DNA of 64,000 bases, taken from an uncultured Chloroflexia bacterium (GTDB taxonomy: Bacteria; Chloroflexota; Limnocylindria; QHBO01). Under the pieces are notes generated by a model that had not been told where the DNA came from, searched no databases, and worked only from the letters and a program-made list of their open reading frames with translations. Both the position numbers and the translations under genes were made by a program. The stretch covers positions 96,001 through 160,000 of the forward strand of contig CAWFCQ010000003.1 in NCBI GenBank assembly GCA_963814375.1, written 5' to 3'. Within the stretch, counting starts at the first letter, position 1; the number at the start of each line of letters is the position of its first letter. Shown in pieces: positions 38,128 to 48,677 of this stretch.

Positions 38128-39645
38128 ATGGCGACCCCCGACGCCGAGGCCCTGGCCGATGCGGAGCTCGCCGCCGCAGCCTCGCGGCTGCTCGGCGACC
38201 GGCGACTGATCATCGCCACGAACCGAGGTCCGGTCACCTTCACGACGACCGCCGGCGGCGATCTGCGGCCGCGCCGCGGCTCGGGAGGGCTCGTCACGGC
38301 GCTGGGCCAGGTCGGCCGGCACGTGCCGATCACCTGGGTCGCCGCGGCCATGAGCGAGGGCGACCGACGCGCCGCCGCCGACCCGCGTCTCATGCGCAGC
38401 GTGGAGGTCGGCGGCGAGTCGCTCCGCCTCCGATTCGCATCCGTCGAGCGGACGGTGTACGAGCAGGCATACAACGTCATCGCCAACCCGCTGCTGTGGT
38501 TCCTCCAGCACCAGATGTGGAACCTGCCCGAGCGGCCGGTCATCGATGCCGGTGTCATGCGCGCCTGGCAGCGTGGCTACCTCCCGCTCAACGAGGCCTT
38601 CGCGCGTGCGGTCCTTGCCCAGGCACGGGGGGACCGGCGCCCGCGGATCATGCTCCACGACTACCACCTCTACCTCGCCGCCGAGCCGATCCGGCGGGCG
38701 CGTCCCGGCGCCGTGCTTAGCCATTTCACCCACATCCCGTGGCCGCCCTCTTCGATATGGCAGACGATCGCGCCGCCCATCCGCGAGGGCATCGCTCGAG
38801 GGCTCCTCGCCAACGACGTCGTCGGATTCCAGACGGAGCGCTACGCGCACAACTTCCTGCGGACGGTCGAGTCGTTCGTGCCGGAGGCGCGGGTCGACTA
38901 CGACGAGAGCGTCGTGCGCTGGCGGCGCCGAACGACCCGCGTGCGCTCGTACCCGATCAGCATCGACGTCGAATCGACGCGCCGCCTCGCCGAGTCGCGC
39001 GCCGCACGGCGCCGGGCGGACCAGCTCCAGGGCGGGGCGCGCGAGCTCGTCCTCGTCCGCGTCGACCGGCTCGAGCCGTCGAAGAACATCCTGCGCGGCT
39101 TCCTCGCCTACGAGGCGCTCCTCCAGCGCACGCCGCGCCTCCGCGGCCGGATCAGCTTCCTCGCCTTCCTCGTCCCGTCGCGCACCGGCCTGCGTGAGTA
39201 CGGGCACTACGGCCGCGAGGTGCAGAACGCTGTCGACCGCATCAACGCCCGATTCGGCCGGGCCGGATGGCGCCCGATCCAGCTCTTCTACGAGAACGAT
39301 TACGCCCAGGCCCTGGCAGGGCTGGCCATCGCCGACGTGGTGCTCGTCAATCCCCTCGTCGACGGTATGAACCTCGTCGCCAAGGAGGCGGTCGTCGTCT
39401 CGCGCCGCGACGCGGTGCTGGTCCTGTCCGAGACCGCCGGCGCCTTCGACCAGATGTCGGCGGGCGCGCTCCCGGTTGCGCCCGCCGACGTGGTGGGCAC
39501 CGCCGATGCCCTGGCGACCGCCCTCGCCATGGCACCCGACGAGCGGCGGAAACGGCTGGCGGGTATGCGCCGGGGGGTGGAGGCGGAGGACATCACGTGG
39601 TGGCTGCGCCGCCAGCTCGAGGATCTCGCCGACCTGGTGGAGTGA
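38128..39645 (+). CDS. otsA: Trehalose-6-phosphate synthase (GT20)
   Basis: NRGP, GGLVTAL, HDYHL, FTHIPWP, RVDRLEPSKN, DGMNLVAKE. Confidence 0.9.
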   Translation: MATPDAEALADAELAAAASRLLGDRRLIIATNRGPVTFTTTAGGDLRPRRGSGGLVTALGQVGRHVPITWVAAAMSEGDRRAAADPRLMRSVEVGGESLRLRFASVERTVYEQAYNVIANPLLWFLQHQMWNLPERPVIDAGVMRAWQRGYLPLNEAFARAVLAQARGDRRPRIMLHDYHLYLAAEPIRRARPGAVLSHFTHIPWPPSSIWQTIAPPIREGIARGLLANDVVGFQTERYAHNFLRTVESFVPEARVDYDESVVRWRRRTTRVRSYPISIDVESTRRLAESRAARRRADQLQGGARELVLVRVDRLEPSKNILRGFLAYEALLQRTPRLRGRISFLAFLVPSRTGLREYGHYGREVQNAVDRINARFGRAGWRPIQLFYENDYAQALAGLAIADVVLVNPLVDGMNLVAKEAVVVSRRDAVLVLSETAGAFDQMSAGALPVAPADVVGTADALATALAMAPDERRKRLAGMRRGVEAEDITWWLRRQLEDLADLVE

Positions 39646-39660
39646 CGTGGCCCCGCCACT

Positions 39661-39839
39661 CGCGATATGTCGCGGCCGATGCACCAGAGGCGATCCCGAG
39701 GTGCTGTTCCCACGATGTTTCGCGGCCCGGCACGCCTGAGCAGCACCTCCGGGTGGCGCTCAGGCATGGCAGCCGCGCGATGGATCGCGAGAATGCAACC
39801 CGCGGACGCCTTCTGGTGAAGTGGCCGCGATCAATCGCG
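39661..39839. repeat. ~180-bp imperfect palindrome between convergent otsA and otsB
   Basis: CGCGATATGTCGCGGCC...CACCAGAGGCG / CGCCTTCTGGTG...GGCCGCGATCAATCGCG; apex stem GCCTGAGC/GCTCAGGC. Confidence 0.65.
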
Positions 39840-40671
39840 TCAGACCGGGGCCAGCTCCGCTAACAGCAGCGCCACCTGGGCCGGCGTGGCGAGCACCACG
39901 TCGGCCGCTGCGAGAACCGACTCGGGCACCTCGCGATCGGCTCCGCCCACGCCGATGATCGCGGCGTGCAGCTTCCCCGCCGCCCGCAGATCGGCGACGG
40001 CGTCGAACATGTCGAGGTCGGTGACGTCGTCGCCCATGACCACCACGCCCGCGAAGGCCGAACCGATCGATCACGGCGCGCGCCGCGCTGCCCTTGTCGC
40101 CGAGCCCGACCGGTCGCAGCTCGACGCTCATGCGGCCCTCCCGCACCTCGAGGTCGGCGGGTACCGAGCCGATGGCGTCCATGATCGCGGCACGGGCAAC
40201 CACGGGGTCCGCGGCATTGCGGTAATGGACCGTGGCCGACAGGCCCTTCGCCTCGACCGACGCCTCACGAACCGCCCGAACGCGCGCGACGACCTCGGCC
40301 AGCGCGGCTCGGACCGAGTCAGCGGCGGGGGTAGCGGCCGGCTCGGCCGCTACGGCCTCGAGCCACTCCGTGCCATGGTTGCCGACGATCACCAGCCCGG
40401 GCACGCCGACCATGCGTCGCGCGTCGAGCGGAGCGCGTCCGGTGATGACGGCCACCACCGCCAGATCGGCGGCAAGCGCGGCCAGGGGAGCCTCCGCGCC
40501 GCCCGCGAGCCCGGCGGCGGCCGGATCGGCGACGATCGGTGAGAGAGTGCCGTCGAAGTCGGTCAGGAGCCCAGCCGGTGCGTGCGCCAATGCCGATCGG
40601 GCCAGCTCGATGGCACGCGTCAGCGACTCATCGGTGCGGCGTCTAGACTCCGGCCGTGAAGCGTCTCTCAT
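39840..40671 (-). CDS. otsB: Trehalose-6-phosphate phosphatase (frameshift near 40050; start uncertain)
   Basis: TDFDGTL, ITGR, GNHG, HYR, DKGSA, then GDDVTDLDMF in the shifted frame. Confidence 0.85.
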
Positions 40672-41381
40672 CGTGGGCGCTCCCGCTCATCCTGGGGGTG
40701 ACGGGGGTGGCGCTCATTATCATCGGGTCGGTCGACTTCGAGTCCGATCCCGCGCCGAGCCTGGCGCCGATCGTCACGCCCACGCCGGTCGCGCTGGCCT
40801 CGCCAACGCCGTCATCGACCGAGACTGCCACCGCCGAGCCGACCCCTGTGCCAACCGCGACCCCGGTGCCGACGCCATTGCCCGACAGCGTGGTCGCCGC
40901 GCAGCTCGAGGTACCTTCGGTCGGGATCAACGTGCTGGTCAGGCAGTCGACGAGCGCCGAGACCGACGGCTTCCCGCCCTCGGACGCCGCCTACATCCTG
41001 CGCTCGGGGACCCAGCCGGGGCGCAACACGAACTCGTTCATCTTCGCCCACGCCCTCAACTCGCTCTTCAAGCCGCTGTGGAACGTGCAGATCGGCGCCG
41101 AGGTGCTGATCCGGATGTCGGACGACAGCGTGCTCCGCTACATCGTCACCGAGGTTCGACCCAACGTCGCCTGCCCCGATCCCAACGCCGACCCCGCCCT
41201 CAACCCGCCGAACCCGCCGCTGGCGCTCCAGATCCACGACGACTGCACCGAGGCCGTCTCGTGGACCACGCCGACCGATCACGAGCGGGTCACGCTCCAG
41301 ACGTCGCAGGGATACAACCGCAACTGGGGCGAGCTGGTCATCGTCGCCCAGCCCGCGAGCCGGGTGGAGGCAGGAGGCTAG
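40656..41381 (+). CDS. Sortase-like protein with TLQTS in place of TLxTC
   Basis: N-terminal TM, Pro/Thr linker, LEVPSVGI, PG...IFAHA, LFKPL, YIVT, VTLQTS, LVIVA. Confidence 0.75.
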   Translation: MKRLSSWALPLILGVTGVALIIIGSVDFESDPAPSLAPIVTPTPVALASPTPSSTETATAEPTPVPTATPVPTPLPDSVVAAQLEVPSVGINVLVRQSTSAETDGFPPSDAAYILRSGTQPGRNTNSFIFAHALNSLFKPLWNVQIGAEVLIRMSDDSVLRYIVTEVRPNVACPDPNADPALNPPNPPLALQIHDDCTEAVSWTTPTDHERVTLQTSQGYNRNWGELVIVAQPASRVEAGG

Positions 41382-42946
41382 CCCCGGCCCCGCACGAACC
41401 AGGCGAACGGGATGGTTGCCACCGCCACGACGAGCGCGATCGAGAAGACGAGCGCCAGGACGCCCGCCGCCTCGCCCTGCGACCACGCCTCGAGCACGTC
41501 GACCAGGGCGAGCGACGTGTTCGGATCCACCCCGACGAACTCGGGATGCCCGAGCTCGACGACGAGCACGTCCCGGCGAGCGGGGTCGAGAATCAGCCCG
41601 GAGAGCTCGTCGATCCGGTTCTGGCCGAGCGCGGTGAGCAGCGCCAGCCCGACGCTCATGCCAATCGTGCGGGTCACCTGGAGCATCGCGCTGGCAACCC
41701 CGTACGCGCCGGCGCCGGCCGCCTCGACCGCCGCGGTGGCGCGCGGCGAGACGGTCAGGCCGAAGCCGACGCCGAAGATGGCGAGGTCGCGCATCAGCCG
41801 GTCGAGATCGGTCTCGACCCCCCAGCCGATGGCGAGCCACAGCCCCACCGCCGATGCGCCGACCCCGACGAGGGTCACGATCCGCTCGCCGACGACCCCG
41901 GCGAGCAGCCCACCCGCGAGCGCCCCGACGGCGATCGCGAGGGTGAGGGCTGTCAGGGCGGCGGCGGACTGCGCATCGGTCCCGAACAGCACGCGGTTGA
42001 CGAAGACCGGGCCCCCGATGACCGCCGTCGCCAGCGTGTAGCCGGTCAGGAGGCTCACGACGTTGGCCGAGGTGAAGGCGCGGTCGCGGAAGAGGCGGAG
42101 GTCGATGAGCGGCGAGCGCGACCGCAGCTCGAGCCATACGAACGCCGCGAAGGCGACGGCCGACACCGCCAGCCCGGCAATCACCGGCGGGCTCGCCCAG
42201 CCACCGGTGCCGGAGAGGGTGATCGCGCCGATGCCGGCCACGAGCGCCAGCGACAGCAGCAGCGCACCGCCGATGTCGAGCCCGCCACGGACCCGTGGCG
42301 TCTCGATGCCTCCGGCGACAACGTAGATCAGCAGGAGCGTCACGATCCCGATCGGAACGTTGAGCAGGAAGATCCACTGCCACGGCGCGATGTCGAGGCC
42401 GGGCAGCGGCAGCGAGAAGCTGAGCAGCACCCAGGCCCCGTAGGCGGGGCCGATGGCCATCCCGACATACGTTGCCGCCCCCTCGACGCCGAGCGCCGCG
42501 GCACGGGCGCGGCCGGTGAAGAGGTGGCTGGCGAGGGCCATCGACAGTGGCACTAGGGCGCCGCCGCCGAAGCCCTGGACGACCCGCGCGGCGATGAGCC
42601 AGGTGAGCCCGTCCTCTGGCCCGGCCAGCGGCGACAGGCCGGCCGCGGCCGAGCCGATCACGAACAGTGCGAGGGCGATGACGTAGAGCCGCATGGCTCC
42701 CCACAGGTCGGCGCCTCGACCCGCCAGCGGCATGGCGATCACGTAGGCCAGCAGGTAGGCGTTGATGATCCAGCTGACGCGGCCCAGGTCGGCCCAGCCG
42801 CCGAAGTCGGCCACGATCGAGGGCAGGGCGATCGCCACAACCATCAGCTCGGCCCCGCCGAGGAGCACGCCGAGGCTGGCAAAGGCGAGCGCCGACCACG
42901 CCGCTACCGGGTGGAGGCGCTGCGCCGGCGCCTGAACGGCAGTCAC
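41378..42946 (-). CDS. MFS transporter, DHA2/EmrB-like 14-TM
   Basis: WIINAYLL, GRGADLWG, RVVQGFGGG, WIFLLNVPIG, PLIDLRLF. Confidence 0.92.
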   Translation of the reverse strand: MTAVQAPAQRLHPVAAWSALAFASLGVLLGGAELMVVAIALPSIVADFGGWADLGRVSWIINAYLLAYVIAMPLAGRGADLWGAMRLYVIALALFVIGSAAAGLSPLAGPEDGLTWLIAARVVQGFGGGALVPLSMALASHLFTGRARAAALGVEGAATYVGMAIGPAYGAWVLLSFSLPLPGLDIAPWQWIFLLNVPIGIVTLLLIYVVAGGIETPRVRGGLDIGGALLLSLALVAGIGAITLSGTGGWASPPVIAGLAVSAVAFAAFVWLELRSRSPLIDLRLFRDRAFTSANVVSLLTGYTLATAVIGGPVFVNRVLFGTDAQSAAALTALTLAIAVGALAGGLLAGVVGERIVTLVGVGASAVGLWLAIGWGVETDLDRLMRDLAIFGVGFGLTVSPRATAAVEAAGAGAYGVASAMLQVTRTIGMSVGLALLTALGQNRIDELSGLILDPARRDVLVVELGHPEFVGVDPNTSLALVDVLEAWSQGEAAGVLALVFSIALVVAVATIPFAWFVRGRG

Positions 42947-43611
42947 AGATCGGCGCGCTCGAATGCGAGGCGTGCGCCGACGAGCAGGACGCCCGTCAGC
43001 GCCAGCCCGCCGCCGATGGCCCGCAGGGTCGCACCGAGGTCATCGCCGGCGCCGGACAGCGATGGGAAGACGCCGCCGGTGACGATCCCGGCCGCGACAA
43101 CCAGGGCTGCGGCCGCGAGCACGACGACACTCACCGCGATCGACGGCCGCAGGAGGGAACCCGCCCACAGGCCGGCGGCGATGCCGATCGCGGCGGCGAT
43201 GGCGACGATGGCGATGGCGATGGCGTAGTCGATCGGGCTGGCCCCGACCGCGGCCGAGGCGAGCGCCAGCCAGCCGAGGAAGACACCGGCCGCGATCCCC
43301 GCGGCCGCGATGGCCGCCAGCGCGGCGAACCAGCCGCCCAGGTAGGTGCTGCGGGACACGGATCGCGTGACGAGCCACCCGGCGCGCCCGGAGCCCCGCT
43401 CGAGAGCCAGCGACACGGCAGTGACCGCGCTCGTGACGACGGTCGCCAGCCCGAATCCGGCGGCGAGGCGCGCCGGCGTGCCCGTCGGATCGGGTGGGAG
43501 GAACGCCACCACCGCTCCGGCGCCGACGTAGGCGGCCAGCACGACGAACAGCCGGAGGGTGACCCACAGCTCACGGACCGCGAGGCGGGTGACCGTTCGC
43601 GCCTGGCTCAT
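42943..43611 (-). CDS. ABC-2-type permease-like membrane protein
   Basis: About 6 hydrophobic segments and ERGSGRAGWLVTRSVSR (cf. E..GT...LL..P.SR). Coupled to the ATPase-like gene. Confidence 0.7.
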   Translation of the reverse strand: MSQARTVTRLAVRELWVTLRLFVVLAAYVGAGAVVAFLPPDPTGTPARLAAGFGLATVVTSAVTAVSLALERGSGRAGWLVTRSVSRSTYLGGWFAALAAIAAAGIAAGVFLGWLALASAAVGASPIDYAIAIAIVAIAAAIGIAAGLWAGSLLRPSIAVSVVVLAAAALVVAAGIVTGGVFPSLSGAGDDLGATLRAIGGGLALTGVLLVGARLAFERADL

Positions 43612-44412
43612 CGGGCCATGGCCACCGGTTCGGGCTCGTACGCGCCATCGGCTCCCGCGCGACGATCGGCCAGCTCGGCGATCCCTCGCAGGGACAACGA
43701 CAGCCCGGCCGCATCGATGTCCCCGACGGGAGCGACGAGCGCGATCCGGCCACCGCGAACGAGCGCGACGTGGCTGGCCAGCCCCGCATCCGCGGCCGGG
43801 TACCGGCTCGCGATCACGACCGTCCGCCGGTCGCCCGGGAGGTCGAGCAGACCTGCGCGCTCCTCGGCTTCCAACGCGCGAAGCGGCTCGTCGAGCAGGA
43901 GGACCTCGGGGTCGCCCAGCAGCGCCGCCGCCAGCCCGGTGCGCTGGAGGATCGGTGGTCCTCCGCGACCGACCGAGCGGTCGCTCGCGTCGGATGGGAT
44001 GCCCGCCCCAGCCAGGGCCCGGTCGATCCGTTCGTCCGCATCTGCCGCATCCAGCTCCAGCAGCCGGTCGGCGAGCACGAGGGCCTCTCGAGGCGTCATC
44101 CACGAGTGAATGCCGGGCTCAGGTCCGAGGAAGGCGGCACGGCGGCCGAAGCCGGCGCGCGACGGGTCCGAGAGGCCCGGCGATCTCGATCCGGCCGTGG
44201 TTTGGGCGGCTGAGCCCGGCGAGAACTCGCACCAGGGCGGATGCGCTCGCCTCGGGCTCGCCGACGATGAGGAGCCGCGTGCCCACCGGCACCGTCAGCG
44301 AGCATCGGTTCAGAAGGGAGCCGTGGCTGACCTCGCGACACGTGACCGCGGCGGGCTGAAGGAGGCGGAGAGCCGGAGATCCCCATAGCGCGTCGGGGGT
44401 CGAGCGGGTCAG
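43608..44412 (-). CDS. Degenerate ABC ATP-binding protein (CTG start; +1 frameshift near 44175)
   Basis: My reconstruction: SLTVPVGTRLLIVGEPEASASALVRVLAGL.RP.HGRIEIAG...WMTPRE...LAAALLGDPEVLLLDEP. Walker A lacks GKT. Confidence 0.65.
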
Positions 44413-44469
44413 CGGCGCACCTCCTGGCAGCGGCCTCCTCCCAGCCGCGGGCCGATCCTAGCAGACCCC

Positions 44470-44545
44470 TTGACACGGCCTCGCGTCGCATTAAGATAAG
44501 CAACTCTACATATAAACTCGCATTTGATAAAGAATCGCTCTTGAT
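44470..44545 (+). promoter_or_regulatory. Sigma70 promoter with putative ArsR operator
   Basis: TTGACA(44470)-16 nt-TAAGAT(44492). AT-rich island with two GATAAG copies and imperfect palindrome ATAAGA-atcgc-TCTTGAT. Confidence 0.6.
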
Positions 44546-44903
44546 GACTCCAACCCCGGACACCCCGGGCGAGAACGACCTGCGACGGCTCCGCACCCTC
44601 TACCGCGCTCTCGGCGACGAGACGCGGCTGCGCATGATCGGCCTCCTCGCCGAGATCGGACCGATGCCGGTCAACGAGCTCTCGTCACGCGTCGGTCTCT
44701 CGCAGCCGCTGATCAGCTGGCACCTGCGCATCCTGCGTCTGGCGGGCATCGTCGACACGCAGCGCCAGGGCCGGACGACGATCTGCCGGCTCCGCGTCGC
44801 CGCATTCGAAGAGCTGCACGACGCAGAGGCGCGCCTCGTTGCCGGGACGGCCGGCGTCGTCAACCGCGGCGGCGCGCAGGGAACGGTGCCCGATGTCCGC
44901 TAG
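44544..44903 (+). CDS. ArsR/SmtB-family regulator
   Basis: RALGDETRLRM, SQPLISWHLRILR.AGIV...RQG. Confidence 0.92.
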   Translation: MTPTPDTPGENDLRRLRTLYRALGDETRLRMIGLLAEIGPMPVNELSSRVGLSQPLISWHLRILRLAGIVDTQRQGRTTICRLRVAAFEELHDAEARLVAGTAGVVNRGGAQGTVPDVR

Positions 44904-45561
44904 CCAGCATGCCCCGGACCTTCGCGCGAAGCCGGTGGTGCCGGCCCGCTTCAAGCAGGCCGGTCGCGCGCTCCTGTCCCCGCTCGTGCGGCTGGCGATG
45001 GCGCTCCACCTGACACCCAACACGATCACCGTCATCGGCCTCGGCATCACGATCGTTGCGGCGCTGCTCATCGCGAACGACCTTCTGCTCATCGGCGCGG
45101 CCGTGCTCGTCTTCGGGTCGATCCTCGACGCTGTTGACGGCGGGCTCGCTCGAGCCCAGGGCACCGGCACCGCCTTCGGCGGCTTCCTCGACTCCACGCT
45201 CGACCGCACCGGCGAGGCGGTGGCCTACATCGGCATCGGCGTCTGGCTGCTGAGCAGCATGAGCGACCCGACCTGGCCGATGCTCGCCCTCATGCTGGCA
45301 TTGGCCGGATCCTTCCTCGTCAGCTACGCCCACGCCCGAGCGCAGGGCATCGGCCTGTCGGCCGACGTCGGCCTGGCGCCCCGCACCGAGCGGCTCATCC
45401 TCGTGATCGTGGGTGTGGCACTTGCAGGGTTCGGGTTCGAGGCCGGCCTCGTCGCCATCCTCGGCATCCTGGCGGTCCTGACCGCGATCACCGTCATCCA
45501 GCGCATCTGGCACGTCTGGCGCCTCACCGCGTCCGGCGCTCTCGACAGCAAGGAGAACTGA
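44893..45561 (+). CDS. pgsA: CDP-alcohol phosphatidyltransferase, phosphatidylinositol-phosphate synthase type
   Basis: [15 protein letters not shown]...[23 protein letters not shown]. Adjacent to ino1. Confidence 0.85.
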   Translation: MSASQHAPDLRAKPVVPARFKQAGRALLSPLVRLAMALHLTPNTITVIGLGITIVAALLIANDLLLIGAAVLVFGSILDAVDGGLARAQGTGTAFGGFLDSTLDRTGEAVAYIGIGVWLLSSMSDPTWPMLALMLALAGSFLVSYAHARAQGIGLSADVGLAPRTERLILVIVGVALAGFGFEAGLVAILGILAVLTAITVIQRIWHVWRLTASGALDSKEN

Positions 45562-45565
45562 ACAC

Positions 45566-46789
<1,224 letters not shown>

Positions 46790-46821
46790 TCGCGCTCGCG
46801 CGCGTCCGTTACCTTCAACGG

Positions 46822-47802
46822 GTGAAACGCCCATCGGACGGTGAAACGGCAAGCGAGCGGAAGCGGGAGCTCGTCACCTACTGGCTGTACCGCGCCGGCG
46901 AGGCCGTCATCAACGCCGTCCCGCGCCGCCTCGCCATGCCCGCCGCGGCGGCCGTCGGCAACGTGGCCTACGACCTGGCCGGCTCCAAGCGCGACCTCAT
47001 CCAGGCCAACCTCGCTAGGCCGATGGGCCTGGCGCCGGACGACGCTCGCGTTCGCCACGCCGCGCGGCGCGCCTTCCGCAACTACGCCAAGTACCTCGTC
47101 GACATGATGCGGATCGCCGAGACGAGCGAGGCGCAGGCCGCGGCGATGGTCGAGATCGGCAACTTCGAGCTCCTGGCCGAGGCGCAGTCGGAGGGCAAGG
47201 GCGTGCTGCTGTGCACCGTCCACGTCGGCGGCATGGATCTCATCGGGCCTGCCGTGAAGCGGCTCGGCGAATCGCTGCACGTGGTCGCGGACGACACCAC
47301 CTACGGCCGCCTGTACGACCACCTGGCCGATGCTCGAGCGCGTCAGAACATCTTCCTGATCGGGTGGCGGAACCTGCGGGACCTCTTCCGCGCGCTGCGA
47401 GAGGGCCACAACCTCGTGCTCTTCTGCGACGGTGGATACCGGTCGGGTGACGTGCCGATCGAGCTGCACGGCGAGGCCACCACCTTTCCGATCGGCCCTG
47501 CGACGCTCGCCGCCAAGACCGGCGCCCCGATGCTTCCTGTAGCGTGCCGCAGGCTGCCGGACGACCGCTTCGAGGTGCGTGGGCTGCCGCTCGTACATTG
47601 CGAGAGCACCGAGCCGGCCGAGATCCAGCGCGCCACCCAGGCGATTGCCGACGCGCTGGCCGGGGTGATCGCGGAGGACCCGGGCCAGTGGTACCTCTTC
47701 CGCCCGGTGTGGCCCACCACCGATGCCGATCGCGCGCGGGCGCGAGCCGCGCTCGCCGCCGCCCGCAACGGCGAGGACTGGACCAAGATCCCGGCGGCCT
47801 GA
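46822..47802 (+). CDS. PatA/LpxL-family acyltransferase 1
   Basis: NYAKY, HVGGMD (Hx4D), FPIGPATLA, PGQWYLFRPVW. GTG lies 6 nt after TACCTT. Confidence 0.85.
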   Translation: MKRPSDGETASERKRELVTYWLYRAGEAVINAVPRRLAMPAAAAVGNVAYDLAGSKRDLIQANLARPMGLAPDDARVRHAARRAFRNYAKYLVDMMRIAETSEAQAAAMVEIGNFELLAEAQSEGKGVLLCTVHVGGMDLIGPAVKRLGESLHVVADDTTYGRLYDHLADARARQNIFLIGWRNLRDLFRALREGHNLVLFCDGGYRSGDVPIELHGEATTFPIGPATLAAKTGAPMLPVACRRLPDDRFEVRGLPLVHCESTEPAEIQRATQAIADALAGVIAEDPGQWYLFRPVWPTTDADRARARAALAAARNGEDWTKIPAA

Positions 47803-48677
47803 TGCTCGCCCGCATCGGTCTCGAGATCGCCGACCGCGTCGCGGCGGCGCTGCCGGCCCCGGTCGCGTACGGCCTGGCCGACCTGGCCGGCGACGCATGG
47901 CACCGATTCGCGCCGGGGAGGCGCCGCCTCGTCGCCGCCAACCTCGCCCGCGTGTGCGAGGCCACCGGGCGGCCATCGCGGGGCCGCGCCTTCCGCGCCC
48001 TGGTGCGGTCGGCATTCCGCAACCACGCGCGCTACTACCTCGAGCTGCTGCGCGGCCCGCACTACCAGCCAGGGCAGATCGACGAGATCGTCGACGTTCC
48101 CGAGTGGGCGAAATTCGAGAGCGTCCTGCGGTCAGGTCCGACCGTCCTGATCAGCTCGCATCTCGGCAACTTCGAGCCGTTCGGTGCGTTCCTGGCGGCG
48201 CACGGCTTCGTCGCCCTCTCGCCGATTGAGGAGATCGAGCCACGCGCGCTGTACGAGTTCCTCGCCGCGCGGCGCGGCACGGGCCGCATCGATCTCGTGC
48301 CGCTGCGCGATGCCCGGACGGCGATCGGCCGGCGGCTGCGCGGTGGCGGCCTGGTCGGGATCATCGGCGACCGGCTGGTCGCCGGCGGCGGGCAGACGGT
48401 GAGCTTCTTCGGCCATCCCGCCAGCGTTCCGACCGGTCCGGCGGCCCTGGCGCTCCAGCACGGAGCGTCGGTGATCGTGGGTCGCAGCCTGCGCGCCGGG
48501 CCGGACCGATACATCGTCGAGGGTGAGGTGCTCGAGATCCCGAGCTCCGGCGATCGGCGAGCCGATACGCTCGCGCTGACCGAGCGGATCGCGGCGCGCT
48601 TCGAACGCGATGTGGCGGCCGCACCTGAACAGTGGTGGGGCGCCTTCCAGGCGTACTGGCCGGACCTCGAGGCATGA
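47802..48677 (+). CDS. PatA/LpxL-family acyltransferase 2
   Basis: NHARYYLE, HLGNFE (Hx4E), GDR, FFG, PTGPAALA, PEQWW. Confidence 0.85.
   Translation: MLARIGLEIADRVAAALPAPVAYGLADLAGDAWHRFAPGRRRLVAANLARVCEATGRPSRGRAFRALVRSAFRNHARYYLELLRGPHYQPGQIDEIVDVPEWAKFESVLRSGPTVLISSHLGNFEPFGAFLAAHGFVALSPIEEIEPRALYEFLAARRGTGRIDLVPLRDARTAIGRRLRGGGLVGIIGDRLVAGGGQTVSFFGHPASVPTGPAALALQHGASVIVGRSLRAGPDRYIVEGEVLEIPSSGDRRADTLALTERIAARFERDVAAAPEQWWGAFQAYWPDLEA

Noticed and set aside
24217-39684. Very long antisense or alternate-frame ORFs (e.g. 24217-27552, 28953-30959, 36552-38558)
   Set aside because: These are shadow ORFs expected from high-GC codon bias opposite well-supported genes.
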